From the NCBI GenBank assembly GCA_964572575.1, contig CAZNGK010000001.1, positions 1 through 32,175 of the forward strand: 32,175 nucleotides of DNA, in the 5' to 3' direction. Source of the DNA: an uncultured Thermoplasmatales archaeon (GTDB lineage Archaea > Thermoplasmatota > E2 > UBA202 > JdFR-43). The notes beneath the pieces were generated by a model, which was not told the origin of the DNA, ran no database searches, and saw only the letters and a list, made by a program, of their open reading frames with translations. Of this stretch, positions 15,855-23,529 are shown piece after piece; the stretch's first letter is position 1; each line of letters starts with the position of its first letter. A program made the position numbers and the translations under genes.

Positions 15855-16157
15855 ATGAGATCGCAAGCAAGAGAAATGGGGTTTGAACCTGTGTTTTATA
15901 GAACAAGGAAACCAGGGAAGTTTTCACCGAAATCCAAGATGGTGTTCCCGCAGAAAGGACCAAGATTTACACATAAGACAAGCCAGCAGAAAAAGATCGC
16001 AGAGGCAGGAAGGTTCTGCGGTGCTATAATAAAGAAGCAGGACCGCTTTGATGGACCAGAGGGCGTGGAAAAGAGAAGGATGGCGATGGCTGATTGCATT
16101 AGGGAACAGTTTGGACACGATCCCATCTACGGACCAGAGGGTTGGTGGAAGGACTAA
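15855..16157 (+). CDS. basic hypothetical protein (100 aa) in a locally GC-rich island
   Basis: TATA tatttataaa 20-25 bp upstream and a T-rich tract downstream. Its composition differs clearly from its neighbours, so an RNA gene is not excluded. Confidence 0.45.
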   Translation: MRSQAREMGFEPVFYRTRKPGKFSPKSKMVFPQKGPRFTHKTSQQKKIAEAGRFCGAIIKKQDRFDGPEGVEKRRMAMADCIREQFGHDPIYGPEGWWKD

Positions 16158-16202
16158 CCAAACACAGGTTCTAAAAAATCCTCTTTCCCCAATTTTTTAT
16201 TT

Positions 16203-16301
16203 TTATTTACAGAATGAGTATCCACATTTTTTACAATAATAACATACTCTACTCTTGTTTCTTTTCTTTGTCATAGTTTTACCACAACTGGGGCATTTCA
16301 T
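16203..16301 (-). CDS. 32-aa zinc-ribbon micro-protein, below the ORF-track cutoff
   Basis: MKCPSCGKT...CYYCKKCG. ATGA overlap with the stop of 16298-16573. Confidence 0.45.
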   Translation of the reverse strand: MKCPSCGKTMTKKRNKSRVCYYCKKCGYSFCK

Positions 16302-16573
16302 CCTATCAATTCCTCAACTTCTTTCTCAAAATTATCACTGTAACCTATAATACATTTCTTTATTTTTTTATCATCAACCTCGCATATGGTTGGCATCATC
16401 GGAGTTTCAATTGAATCAAGTATATCTGGATTCTCATAATTTTTTAGTTCGGAAAAATCTTTAGCAAATTCTATTTCAATTCCTCTTTCTTCAGCAATTT
16501 TTTCAACAATTGGTAGTGCCTTTTTACATGGCTCACAATCTTCGTCGCCTATAAATAATATCTTTTTACCCAT
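16298..16573 (-). CDS. thioredoxin/glutaredoxin-fold redox protein (CEPC active site)
   Basis: 91 aa. FIGDEDCEPCKKALP followed by a cis-Pro-like MMPTI. The ATG is 21 bp downstream of the A7 TATA. Confidence 0.7.
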   Translation of the reverse strand: MGKKILFIGDEDCEPCKKALPIVEKIAEERGIEIEFAKDFSELKNYENPDILDSIETPMMPTICEVDDKKIKKCIIGYSDNFEKEVEELIG

Positions 16574-16579
16574 AAAGTT

Positions 16580-16602
16580 AAATACAATTTTATTATTTAA
16601 AG
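16580..16602 (-). promoter_or_regulatory. Family-A promoter module, copy A7
   Basis: aaatacaattttattatttaaag. Confidence 0.6.
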
Positions 16603-17163
16603 TTGATGATTGAGGTTACATGCAAATACTGTGGTTCTACGAATGTTGTAAAGGCGGGTAAAGTGAAATTAAAGAGTGGAAATAAAACAAGATATTACTG
16701 TAAGGATTGTAAAAAATACTTTACTGTTATGGATAGAAAAATAAAAGATAAAATATTGAATCTGTTGGATGAGGAAAAAACAATAAGTGATCTGAAAGAT
16801 GAAGTTAAAGCACACCACATGACTATAAGAGCATGTTTAAAGGAATTGATAAATGAAGGAAATGTAAAGGTCTATGAAAAGGATGGTAAAAAGTTTTATG
16901 TGAAAAATGATTATAAGAGCAAAAATGAAGTAAAAAATGAAGTAAAGAAGACAAATAATGTTCAATTACAACTTTCAAAAATTGTTACATTTGTAAAAAG
17001 CAAAGGATATGCAACTCTTGATGAAATAAAAGAATTATTGAATATAGAAAATGTTGCACTGGTTAAAAGAATGATATTGTTGCTTGTAAATGAAGGTATT
17101 CTATCAATAAAGGTTAGTGGCTTGATATTTAGAAAGGAATATGTTGTATGGAAGGGAGAGTAA
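16603..17163 (+). CDS. Zn-ribbon plus tandem wHTH DNA-binding protein
   Basis: N-terminal CKYCGS...YYCKDCKKYF, then two wHTH-like segments (TIRACLKELINEGNV, LVKRMILLLVNEGIL). Confidence 0.65.
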   Translation: MMIEVTCKYCGSTNVVKAGKVKLKSGNKTRYYCKDCKKYFTVMDRKIKDKILNLLDEEKTISDLKDEVKAHHMTIRACLKELINEGNVKVYEKDGKKFYVKNDYKSKNEVKNEVKKTNNVQLQLSKIVTFVKSKGYATLDEIKELLNIENVALVKRMILLLVNEGILSIKVSGLIFRKEYVVWKGE

Positions 17164-17179
17164 TGTAAAACTTTTACAT
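17163..17179. promoter_or_regulatory. 8-bp-arm palindrome atgtaaaa-c-ttttacat abutting the TATA CCTTAAATA (17186-17194)
   Basis: Lies between the stop at 17161-17163 and the MTase ATG 17216. Shares the 12-mer ttacatgaaaaa with the hairpin at 7220-7247. Confidence 0.5.
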
Positions 17180-17215
17180 GAAAAACCTTAAATATTCTTT
17201 TTATATTCTTATCAT

Positions 17216-18496
17216 ATGGCATGTGAATATGAACTTATAGAATCCTTTCTTGATAAAATTGTTCAAGGAGATGCAAAAGATATGCTAAAACAAATTCCAG
17301 ATAACTCAATAGATTGCATCATTACTTCACCGCCTTATTGGGGATTGAGAGATTATGGAAAAGAAACAAATACAATATGGGAAGATGGCTGGTATGGGCA
17401 ACTTGGACATGAGCCAACTCTGGATATGTATATTGATCATCTTTTAGAAATTACAAAAGAATTAAAAAGAGTATTAAAACCTACAGGTGTAATGTGGTGG
17501 AATCATGGAGATAGTTATGGTAGATTTGGGGGGCATCATGGTGGTGAAGATAGAAAACATGCTGGAGGAAAGAATTTGTGGGGAACATTACCAAAACAAC
17601 AGATTTCAGTGCCTGAAAAGTGTTTAAATCTTCAAAACTACCGTTTAATCCTTCGCATGATTGACGAACAGGGCTGGATTCTCCGCAACATCATAATTTG
17701 GTATAAACCAAATCATATGCCAAGTAGCGTTAAAGACAGATTCACAAATGCATACGAGCCAGTATTCATGCTTACTAAAAGCAAAAAATATTGGTTTGAT
17801 TTGGATGCAGTAAGAGTGCCACACAAAATAGATAGTATAAAAAGATCAGCAAGGGCGAGAAAATCAAAAAAATTAGATGCAAAGCAATACTCAACATCTT
17901 ATAAAAATGAATATATCGGCTATGAAAATTTATGGGAAAAATTTCAAAGAGGAGAGTTGAGAGGAGTTCATCCTTTTGGCAAAAATCCTGGTGATGTATG
18001 GATAATTACAACAGAACCATTTCCTGATTCTCATTTTGCTGTTTTTCCAACAAAATTGGTAAAGCCAATGATAAAAGCAGGATGCCCCCAATGGGTATGC
18101 AAGAAATGTGGAAGGGCAAGAGAAAGGATTGTAAAAAATCCTGAAAGAGATTATTCACAAGATTTAAATACCAAAGATAAGCATAAATGGAAAATAAAGG
18201 ATGATAAGTTACAAACAACTACACAACTTCATAGGGATGGTGGCGGAGTGTATTATAAAGGTGTTACCGTTGGCTGGACAGATTGCGGATGCGAGGCAGG
18301 ATGGGATGCTGGCATAGTTTTAGATCCATTTTGCGGTGTTGGAACTACATGCTATGTGGCAAGGAAATTAAATCGCCACTACATTGGTATAGAAATAAAT
18401 CCTAAATATGTAGAAATGGCACAAAAAAGGTTGGCAAAAATACCTGCAAGATTAGATAAGTTTTTAAAAATGAAGGGTGATGCACATGCTGAATAA
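17216..18496 (+). CDS. DNA methyltransferase, beta-class, SPPY type (N4-cytosine or N6-adenine) with a Cys-rich insert
   Basis: ITSPPYWG (motif IV), C-terminal LDPFCGVGTT (motif I), and the insert CPQWVCKKCG...CGC. Confidence 0.9.
   Translation: MACEYELIESFLDKIVQGDAKDMLKQIPDNSIDCIITSPPYWGLRDYGKETNTIWEDGWYGQLGHEPTLDMYIDHLLEITKELKRVLKPTGVMWWNHGDSYGRFGGHHGGEDRKHAGGKNLWGTLPKQQISVPEKCLNLQNYRLILRMIDEQGWILRNIIIWYKPNHMPSSVKDRFTNAYEPVFMLTKSKKYWFDLDAVRVPHKIDSIKRSARARKSKKLDAKQYSTSYKNEYIGYENLWEKFQRGELRGVHPFGKNPGDVWIITTEPFPDSHFAVFPTKLVKPMIKAGCPQWVCKKCGRARERIVKNPERDYSQDLNTKDKHKWKIKDDKLQTTTQLHRDGGGVYYKGVTVGWTDCGCEAGWDAGIVLDPFCGVGTTCYVARKLNRHYIGIEINPKYVEMAQKRLAKIPARLDKFLKMKGDAHAE
18317..18407. repeat. 91-bp perfect inverted repeat, copy 2 (partner 1233-1323)
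   Basis: Verified base by base. Identity drops sharply outside the tract. Confidence 0.95.
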
Positions 18497-19547
18497 TGAT
18501 TTTAAGGAAAAAATGAAGATATTCAGGGAATATCTTATTGTAAGAGCAAAAAGTAGTGCTGATACAATAGATAAATACACAAGATTTACAAAAGAATTTT
18601 TAGATTTTGTTAGCAAAAATTATGGTGTAACAAAAATAGTGGAAGTATCGCCAAAACATTTGGTTGAATGGATTAAATATCTAACCAAGAAGGACTATTC
18701 TGGAAACACCATCAATTTGAAAAGATCTGCTGTAATAAAGTTCTTTGATGCACTGTATAATGAAGAACCAGATAATCCAGATTTACAGAATAAAGTAATC
18801 CTTTTCAAAAATATTCATGGAATAGGAAAGGTGGATAGCAACCAGCATGAGCCAATACCAGTAGAATGGTTACCTAAATTAAAAGATGCTTCTCTAACAC
18901 TGGATGAAAAATTTGGATCAACTGAACACTATACCGCATTCATGTTTTTCTTATACACTGGTGGCAGATCACAGTTATATGGTGTCCTTGTGGATGAAAT
19001 TGATTTTGAAAATCACTGGTTAGAAACTTTTGTCAAAAGAGGCAAATACATAAAAATACCATTGCACCCGCACCTTGAGAAAGTAATAAAGTGGCATTTG
19101 AAAAATAGAGATTATGATTCCCCATATCTTTTCAAACATGGTAAATATCCATATGCTGATATTTATATAAATAAAAATAAGAAGGATTTTGAAAAATACC
19201 GTGATGTTATAAAAAATGCTGAAAAGTATAACATACCAAGAAATAAGCAGGAGGAGAAAAGGAACAGGGATTCAAATAGAAAGAATGTGAGCATATTATG
19301 TAACAGAATCAGAAAGGAGGCAGGATTTAATGAATCTCTTTACCCACACAGATTCAGGGAAACATTGCATTATGAATTTGAGGAACTTGGAGTTAGCATA
19401 AATACTGCTATGGCAATTGGTGGATGGAGTAAAGAAGATATGGCATACTATTACAGAAGAACTGGAAAGCATGTTAAAAAAGCACTGAAAGAGTTTGAGA
19501 AGATAGATTTGTTAAATATAAAAGAGGGTGATGAAAATGAATTATGA
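18477..19547 (+). CDS. tyrosine recombinase/integrase (XerC/D-like)
   Basis: N-terminal core-binding (SAM-like) region. Catalytic signature TGGR ... HRFR ... GGW ... YYY. The likely start is ATG 18480 or 18486, after the SD AGGGTGAT. Confidence 0.9.
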   Translation: MMHMLNNDFKEKMKIFREYLIVRAKSSADTIDKYTRFTKEFLDFVSKNYGVTKIVEVSPKHLVEWIKYLTKKDYSGNTINLKRSAVIKFFDALYNEEPDNPDLQNKVILFKNIHGIGKVDSNQHEPIPVEWLPKLKDASLTLDEKFGSTEHYTAFMFFLYTGGRSQLYGVLVDEIDFENHWLETFVKRGKYIKIPLHPHLEKVIKWHLKNRDYDSPYLFKHGKYPYADIYINKNKKDFEKYRDVIKNAEKYNIPRNKQEEKRNRDSNRKNVSILCNRIRKEAGFNESLYPHRFRETLHYEFEELGVSINTAMAIGGWSKEDMAYYYRRTGKHVKKALKEFEKIDLLNIKEGDENEL

Positions 19548-20037
19548 AATAAATAATATTATAACTGGACATTGGGCGTTGCCAAGACCAATTGGAAAAT
19601 ATAAAACACGACATCCAGATACATTATTAGTAAGATTGGAAGCACTTATAGGACCATATAGCATTAAAAAGATATTGCATTTATTTTGTGGTATATCAAA
19701 ATTCCCTAATACAGAGAGAGAGATCAGAATTGATATAAATCCAGAGGTAAAACCAGATTATATTATTGATTTAACTAAAGAAAAACTACCGTTTGAAGAT
19801 AATTCGTTTGATATTGTTTATGCAGATCCACCTTACTATGATTTCCCGCCTTACTCCTTTGTTGATGAAGCAGTTAGAGTTCTTAAACCATATGGATATT
19901 TAGCAATACTTCATCCATTAGTTTATAAAACACCAAAACAAACAAAAAGATGGGCGGTTATATCAATAGGCACTGGTCCAAATATGAGATTGCGATGTTT
20001 AAATATATTTAGAAAGATTAAAGTTGATGAACAATAA
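19528..20037 (+). CDS. small SAM-dependent methyltransferase with a DPPY motif (third MTase)
   Basis: LHLFCGIS (motif I-like) followed by DIVYADPPYY (motif IV). The likely start is ATG 19531 or 19537, after the SD AGGGTGAT. Confidence 0.6.
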   Translation: MMKMNYEINNIITGHWALPRPIGKYKTRHPDTLLVRLEALIGPYSIKKILHLFCGISKFPNTEREIRIDINPEVKPDYIIDLTKEKLPFEDNSFDIVYADPPYYDFPPYSFVDEAVRVLKPYGYLAILHPLVYKTPKQTKRWAVISIGTGPNMRLRCLNIFRKIKVDEQ

Positions 20038-20242
20038 AAGAATGGCATATACATTTGCTAAATATGAACATAAATTTGAAAATTTAACAAATATTGCTAT
20101 AATCATAACAACAATTGTTGCATATTTTATTAAAATAAATATAATTGTTTTCTCACTAATTATAATCATTGCAGTAATTCATACAGTAGCAAGAATATGC
20201 CATATTTTTGAGAAGCATTACTTTAACAACTCAAGAAAATAG
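20024..20242 (+). CDS. small membrane protein (72 aa)
   Basis: One long hydrophobic stretch. The stop codon overlaps the tRNA 3' end by 2 nt. Confidence 0.45.
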   Translation: MMNNKRMAYTFAKYEHKFENLTNIAIIITTIVAYFIKINIIVFSLIIIIAVIHTVARICHIFEKHYFNNSRK

Positions 20243-20314
20243 CGGGGAGAGGATTTGAACCTCTGATCTTCGGGATATGAACCCGATGGGTTATCCTGAC
20301 TACCCTACCCCGCT
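20241..20314 (-). tRNA. tRNA-Met (anticodon CAT), initiator-like
   Basis: Hand-folded cloverleaf: AGCGGGG/CCCCGCT acceptor with A1:U72, D stem GGGT/ACCC, anticodon stem TCGGG/CCCGA (three G:C pairs next to the loop), loop TTCATAT, T arm AGAGG-TTCAAAT-CCTCT. 74 nt, with no encoded CCA. Confidence 0.9.
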
Positions 20315-20672
20315 ACTTCAATTCATCTAAAGTTAAAATGCCAAGATCCATTAAAAGTTTTACCATGTTTATAGTTTGATTTTTTATATCCTCAAGAACT
20401 TCAGAATGATCTTCTGAATTTGGCAACTCTTTAAAAGGAATGCACTCATTATCAATCACTTCAAACCCACCACCAGGGCGTTTTCTGTATGGCATACCAT
20501 CTGGCTTTTTCCCGCCCCTTATCTTCCTTACTTGTATTACAATATCATCCTCATCTACTGGATTGTTCCTTCTGAATCTGTTCAACCATGCTCTTTCAAC
20601 CCAGTTCCATCCACAGGTGGGGCAAACCACATAATTTTCCCTAACATCTCCATCTTCACCAACATACGACAT
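20313..20672 (-). CDS. hypothetical protein (119 aa), basic Gly-rich centre
   Basis: Intact ORF. Its stop codon overlaps the tRNA 5' end by 2 nt. Confidence 0.55.
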   Translation of the reverse strand: MSYVGEDGDVRENYVVCPTCGWNWVERAWLNRFRRNNPVDEDDIVIQVRKIRGGKKPDGMPYRKRPGGGFEVIDNECIPFKELPNSEDHSEVLEDIKNQTINMVKLLMDLGILTLDELK

Positions 20673-20681
20673 TATATCACC

Positions 20682-22175
20682 TTATGGCTTATATGGGACA
20701 TCAGGACCTTTTTTGATGATTTCATCTAATACTCCTTTTATTTTATTTCTGAATATTGCCACAACTATTAAAATTATTCCTATCGCTGACAATATTATAT
20801 ACCCATAACCACCATGAGATGATGAATAAACTGTAACCTTCTTTTCATATGATGTTGCATAATTGTAATCCACAACTATTGAATATGTTCCTGCACTTGT
20901 TGGTGTCCAACTTCCAATGCCATTAATTAAATTGATGAATCCATATGGCATTCCATTTCTATAAATATCCACTCTATTTATATCAGTTATATACTCCTGT
21001 GTATTTTCATCAATCAATTCAACTTGATATGCCCTGTCTTCCTTAACAGAACCATAAATGAAATTGCCATTGCTATCTTTCATAATTATTCTTGGGTTGT
21101 AATATGCCTCAAAAGTTTTCTCCTCCTTTACACCATCTGCTTTTACTTCTATCTCGTATTTGCCTGCCACATCTGGAGTAAATTCTATTTCTCCATTATC
21201 AAAGTCATCGCTTATTGCCCTGCCATCTGGCGTAGATATTTCATATTCTCCTGCTTCTGGAGTAACTTTTATAACCATCCTATCCCCAACATTAACTTTT
21301 TTATCAACATCTATTGTTATTTTAGATGTTGAAACATTAACTGATTTTGTAACCGTTTCTCCTTTATACTGCCCAATCAATATCCATTTGCCAGAAGCAT
21401 CAAATGTAATACTCACCTGACCATTATCGTTTGTATCCTTCAAAACTTGCGAGCCATCTGGTTTAACTACTATTAAACTTCCCTTAACATTGTTATTTCC
21501 AAGTTTTAATGTGGCAATTTTTGTATCCCCTTTCTTAATATTCTTATCAATGCTTATATCCAGTTTTCCTTCTTGTGTGCTTGCCGATTTAGAAATATTG
21601 AAAAAGTGATAGGTTATTTCTCCATCACTCCACACAAGCAATAACATTGCACTTCCATAATCATCTTTGCTTAAATTTATAAATGTAAATGGAACTCCTT
21701 CTGCAATATTTATGGAATACATTCTTCCAGTTTCACTGCATGATATAAACCCTGTTGCACTCATTTTTGATGGAGAAACTATTGATATTGTAGATCCCGC
21801 TTTTGGATTTGGTGGAAATATCAAAACAGATTTTTTGGATGTTATATACACCTGCTGGGTTATTATGTTGCCATTGTATTCATAATTTATCAATCCGTTT
21901 TCACTACCACTTATCGTAAATCCTATTGTTATTGTTTTTCTTTCATAGGGTTTAAGCACATATGTTGTCTTGTATAAAAAGTAGTTCTTTATGCCTACAA
22001 CACTGATATTTACAATTGTTTGTTCATCCCTATCGTTGTATATCTCAACACTCTGCATAACAAATTTTCCGTTCTCTCCCTCAAGTGTTATTATTGGCGG
22101 ATTAATCTCTATTGCATATACACTGTTCATTATAATCACAAAAACTGCCAGCAACATCACTATTTTTGCCTTCAT
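20682..22175 (-). CDS. secreted, C-terminally anchored beta-rich surface protein (497 aa)
   Basis: N-terminal signal-like MKAKIVMLLAVFVIIMNSVYA, Ig-like beta-rich repeats, and a C-terminal TM (YIILSAIGIILIVVAIF) with a basic tail. B4 promoter upstream. Confidence 0.7.
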   Translation of the reverse strand: MKAKIVMLLAVFVIIMNSVYAIEINPPIITLEGENGKFVMQSVEIYNDRDEQTIVNISVVGIKNYFLYKTTYVLKPYERKTITIGFTISGSENGLINYEYNGNIITQQVYITSKKSVLIFPPNPKAGSTISIVSPSKMSATGFISCSETGRMYSINIAEGVPFTFINLSKDDYGSAMLLLVWSDGEITYHFFNISKSASTQEGKLDISIDKNIKKGDTKIATLKLGNNNVKGSLIVVKPDGSQVLKDTNDNGQVSITFDASGKWILIGQYKGETVTKSVNVSTSKITIDVDKKVNVGDRMVIKVTPEAGEYEISTPDGRAISDDFDNGEIEFTPDVAGKYEIEVKADGVKEEKTFEAYYNPRIIMKDSNGNFIYGSVKEDRAYQVELIDENTQEYITDINRVDIYRNGMPYGFINLINGIGSWTPTSAGTYSIVVDYNYATSYEKKVTVYSSSHGGYGYIILSAIGIILIVVAIFRNKIKGVLDEIIKKGPDVPYKP

Positions 22176-22195
22176 TATTCCATAATATAGGAATT

Positions 22196-22222
22196 GTTTA
22201 TAAATTTTCCCCTTTTGGGGAA
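22196..22222 (-). promoter_or_regulatory. Family-B module B4 (minus strand: TTCCCCAAAAGGGGAA plus AATTTATAAAC)
   Basis: 47 nt from the first T (22222) to ATG 22175. Confidence 0.7.
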
Positions 22223-22223
22223 T

Positions 22224-22505
22224 TTAATAAACTCTTTCAGAAATCTCTCTTATTTTTTTAATATACTTATCAATATTTTTACCTGTAAACTTTTTAATTT
22301 CGATAAGGTTATTTTTCTCAAGTTTAACATACATTGTAGGAACTGGCTCATATCCTGATTTATATCCCATGCTTTCCCTTGTAAATGCAACTGTTATATC
22401 AAAATCATCCTTTCTATACTTTTCAACTTTATCCGCATTTTTAATTTTACTTTCAAAAAACCTTAAAAGATATTGTCCTCTTGGTGAAGTTAATTCATCT
22501 GCCAT
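22224..22505 (-). CDS. hypothetical protein (93 aa)
   Basis: Intact ORF with its stop just after B4. Confidence 0.5.
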   Translation of the reverse strand: MADELTSPRGQYLLRFFESKIKNADKVEKYRKDDFDITVAFTRESMGYKSGYEPVPTMYVKLEKNNLIEIKKFTGKNIDKYIKKIREISERVY

Positions 22506-22543
22506 TATGAAAAAATATTTAATACAATAAAAGATTTACTATT

Positions 22544-22858
22544 ATGCCAGTTATAGGTGAAGAATTTAAGGCGGGCAGAGATGCATACAGAAGTTTAATT
22601 GTATGTGTTGATTCAGCAATAGAAAATGAAAATCCTGAAATTGCGGTTATATGCGGATCTGCTTTAATGGATCTTGCCAAAACAGAAAATGCCAATTACT
22701 TTGGTGATGAACCGCCATTTGATTACAACACTGCACTTAATACAGTTAGAGAAGCAGTAAAATATGCGAAAAAGAAAGGAGTTCCATCTTGGCTTAAAGA
22801 TGATTTGAAGGAAATAGAGGAAGAATTTGTTAAATGCACTGGAGAGGATATAGATTAG
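22544..22858 (+). CDS. hypothetical protein (104 aa)
   Basis: TATA-like atatttaata about 25 bp upstream of the ATG. Confidence 0.55.
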   Translation: MPVIGEEFKAGRDAYRSLIVCVDSAIENENPEIAVICGSALMDLAKTENANYFGDEPPFDYNTALNTVREAVKYAKKKGVPSWLKDDLKEIEEEFVKCTGEDID

Positions 22859-22912
22859 AATGCATGTTAAAATAATGGAAAATGTTATTAATATTTAAAT
22901 ACTAAATATATT

Positions 22913-23491
22913 ATGGGACACCTTAAAAAACTGTTATTCACGAAAAAACTTACAGATTATGGAGATTACAAATGGGCATTCAGTTATAATAAAGCAATGG
23001 CATGGTCAATAGTGTTTTTAATATTATTCATATTTATATATGGATTTTTCATTGCAGAGGATACACATGAGTTTTTTGGTAGGGTGCTGTTTATAGCAAT
23101 CCTAATTTGTATAGCAATATTCTTAATATTGCTCGCAGTTGGAAGTATAAAAAAATCAAAGAAATTTATAGGTAAATTCCTTCTTTTAATTGTTGGTATA
23201 ATATTTGCATACTATGTGATTGGTATTATATTCTCACAATATTTGTGGGGTTTTTATAGTGGATACTCCACATGGTTGTTAATTGTAGCACTGGCAGGAT
23301 ATGGGGCATCAAGAGATTATATTTTCAATGGAAATCTTGATAGGCATGATATTTTTTATTGCCTATTGATTTTCATATGTTTCGTTGGTGCTAATATACC
23401 GTTTTATCAGGATAAGAGTTTTCTTGAAAATCTGGATGGATTAATAGATATAGCAAAGAGTATTATAAATGTAAAATTTATACAGTTATAA
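22913..23491 (+). CDS. polytopic membrane protein (192 aa)
   Basis: Five or so hydrophobic helices, with TATA tatttaaata upstream. Confidence 0.6.
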   Translation: MGHLKKLLFTKKLTDYGDYKWAFSYNKAMAWSIVFLILFIFIYGFFIAEDTHEFFGRVLFIAILICIAIFLILLAVGSIKKSKKFIGKFLLLIVGIIFAYYVIGIIFSQYLWGFYSGYSTWLLIVALAGYGASRDYIFNGNLDRHDIFYCLLIFICFVGANIPFYQDKSFLENLDGLIDIAKSIINVKFIQL

Positions 23492-23529
23492 AATGAAAAA
23501 TTCTATATATTAAAAACAAATTTTTTATT

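Noticed and set aside
15878-15892. ggtttgaacctgtg resembles the tRNA T-arm segment gatttgaacctctg of the tRNA-Met, so it could be a second att copy or a tRNA remnant
   Set aside because: Similarity does not extend beyond about 15 nt. The flanks cannot form a T stem (ACAGG versus CCCAT) or an acceptor stem. It lies inside a plausible CDS.
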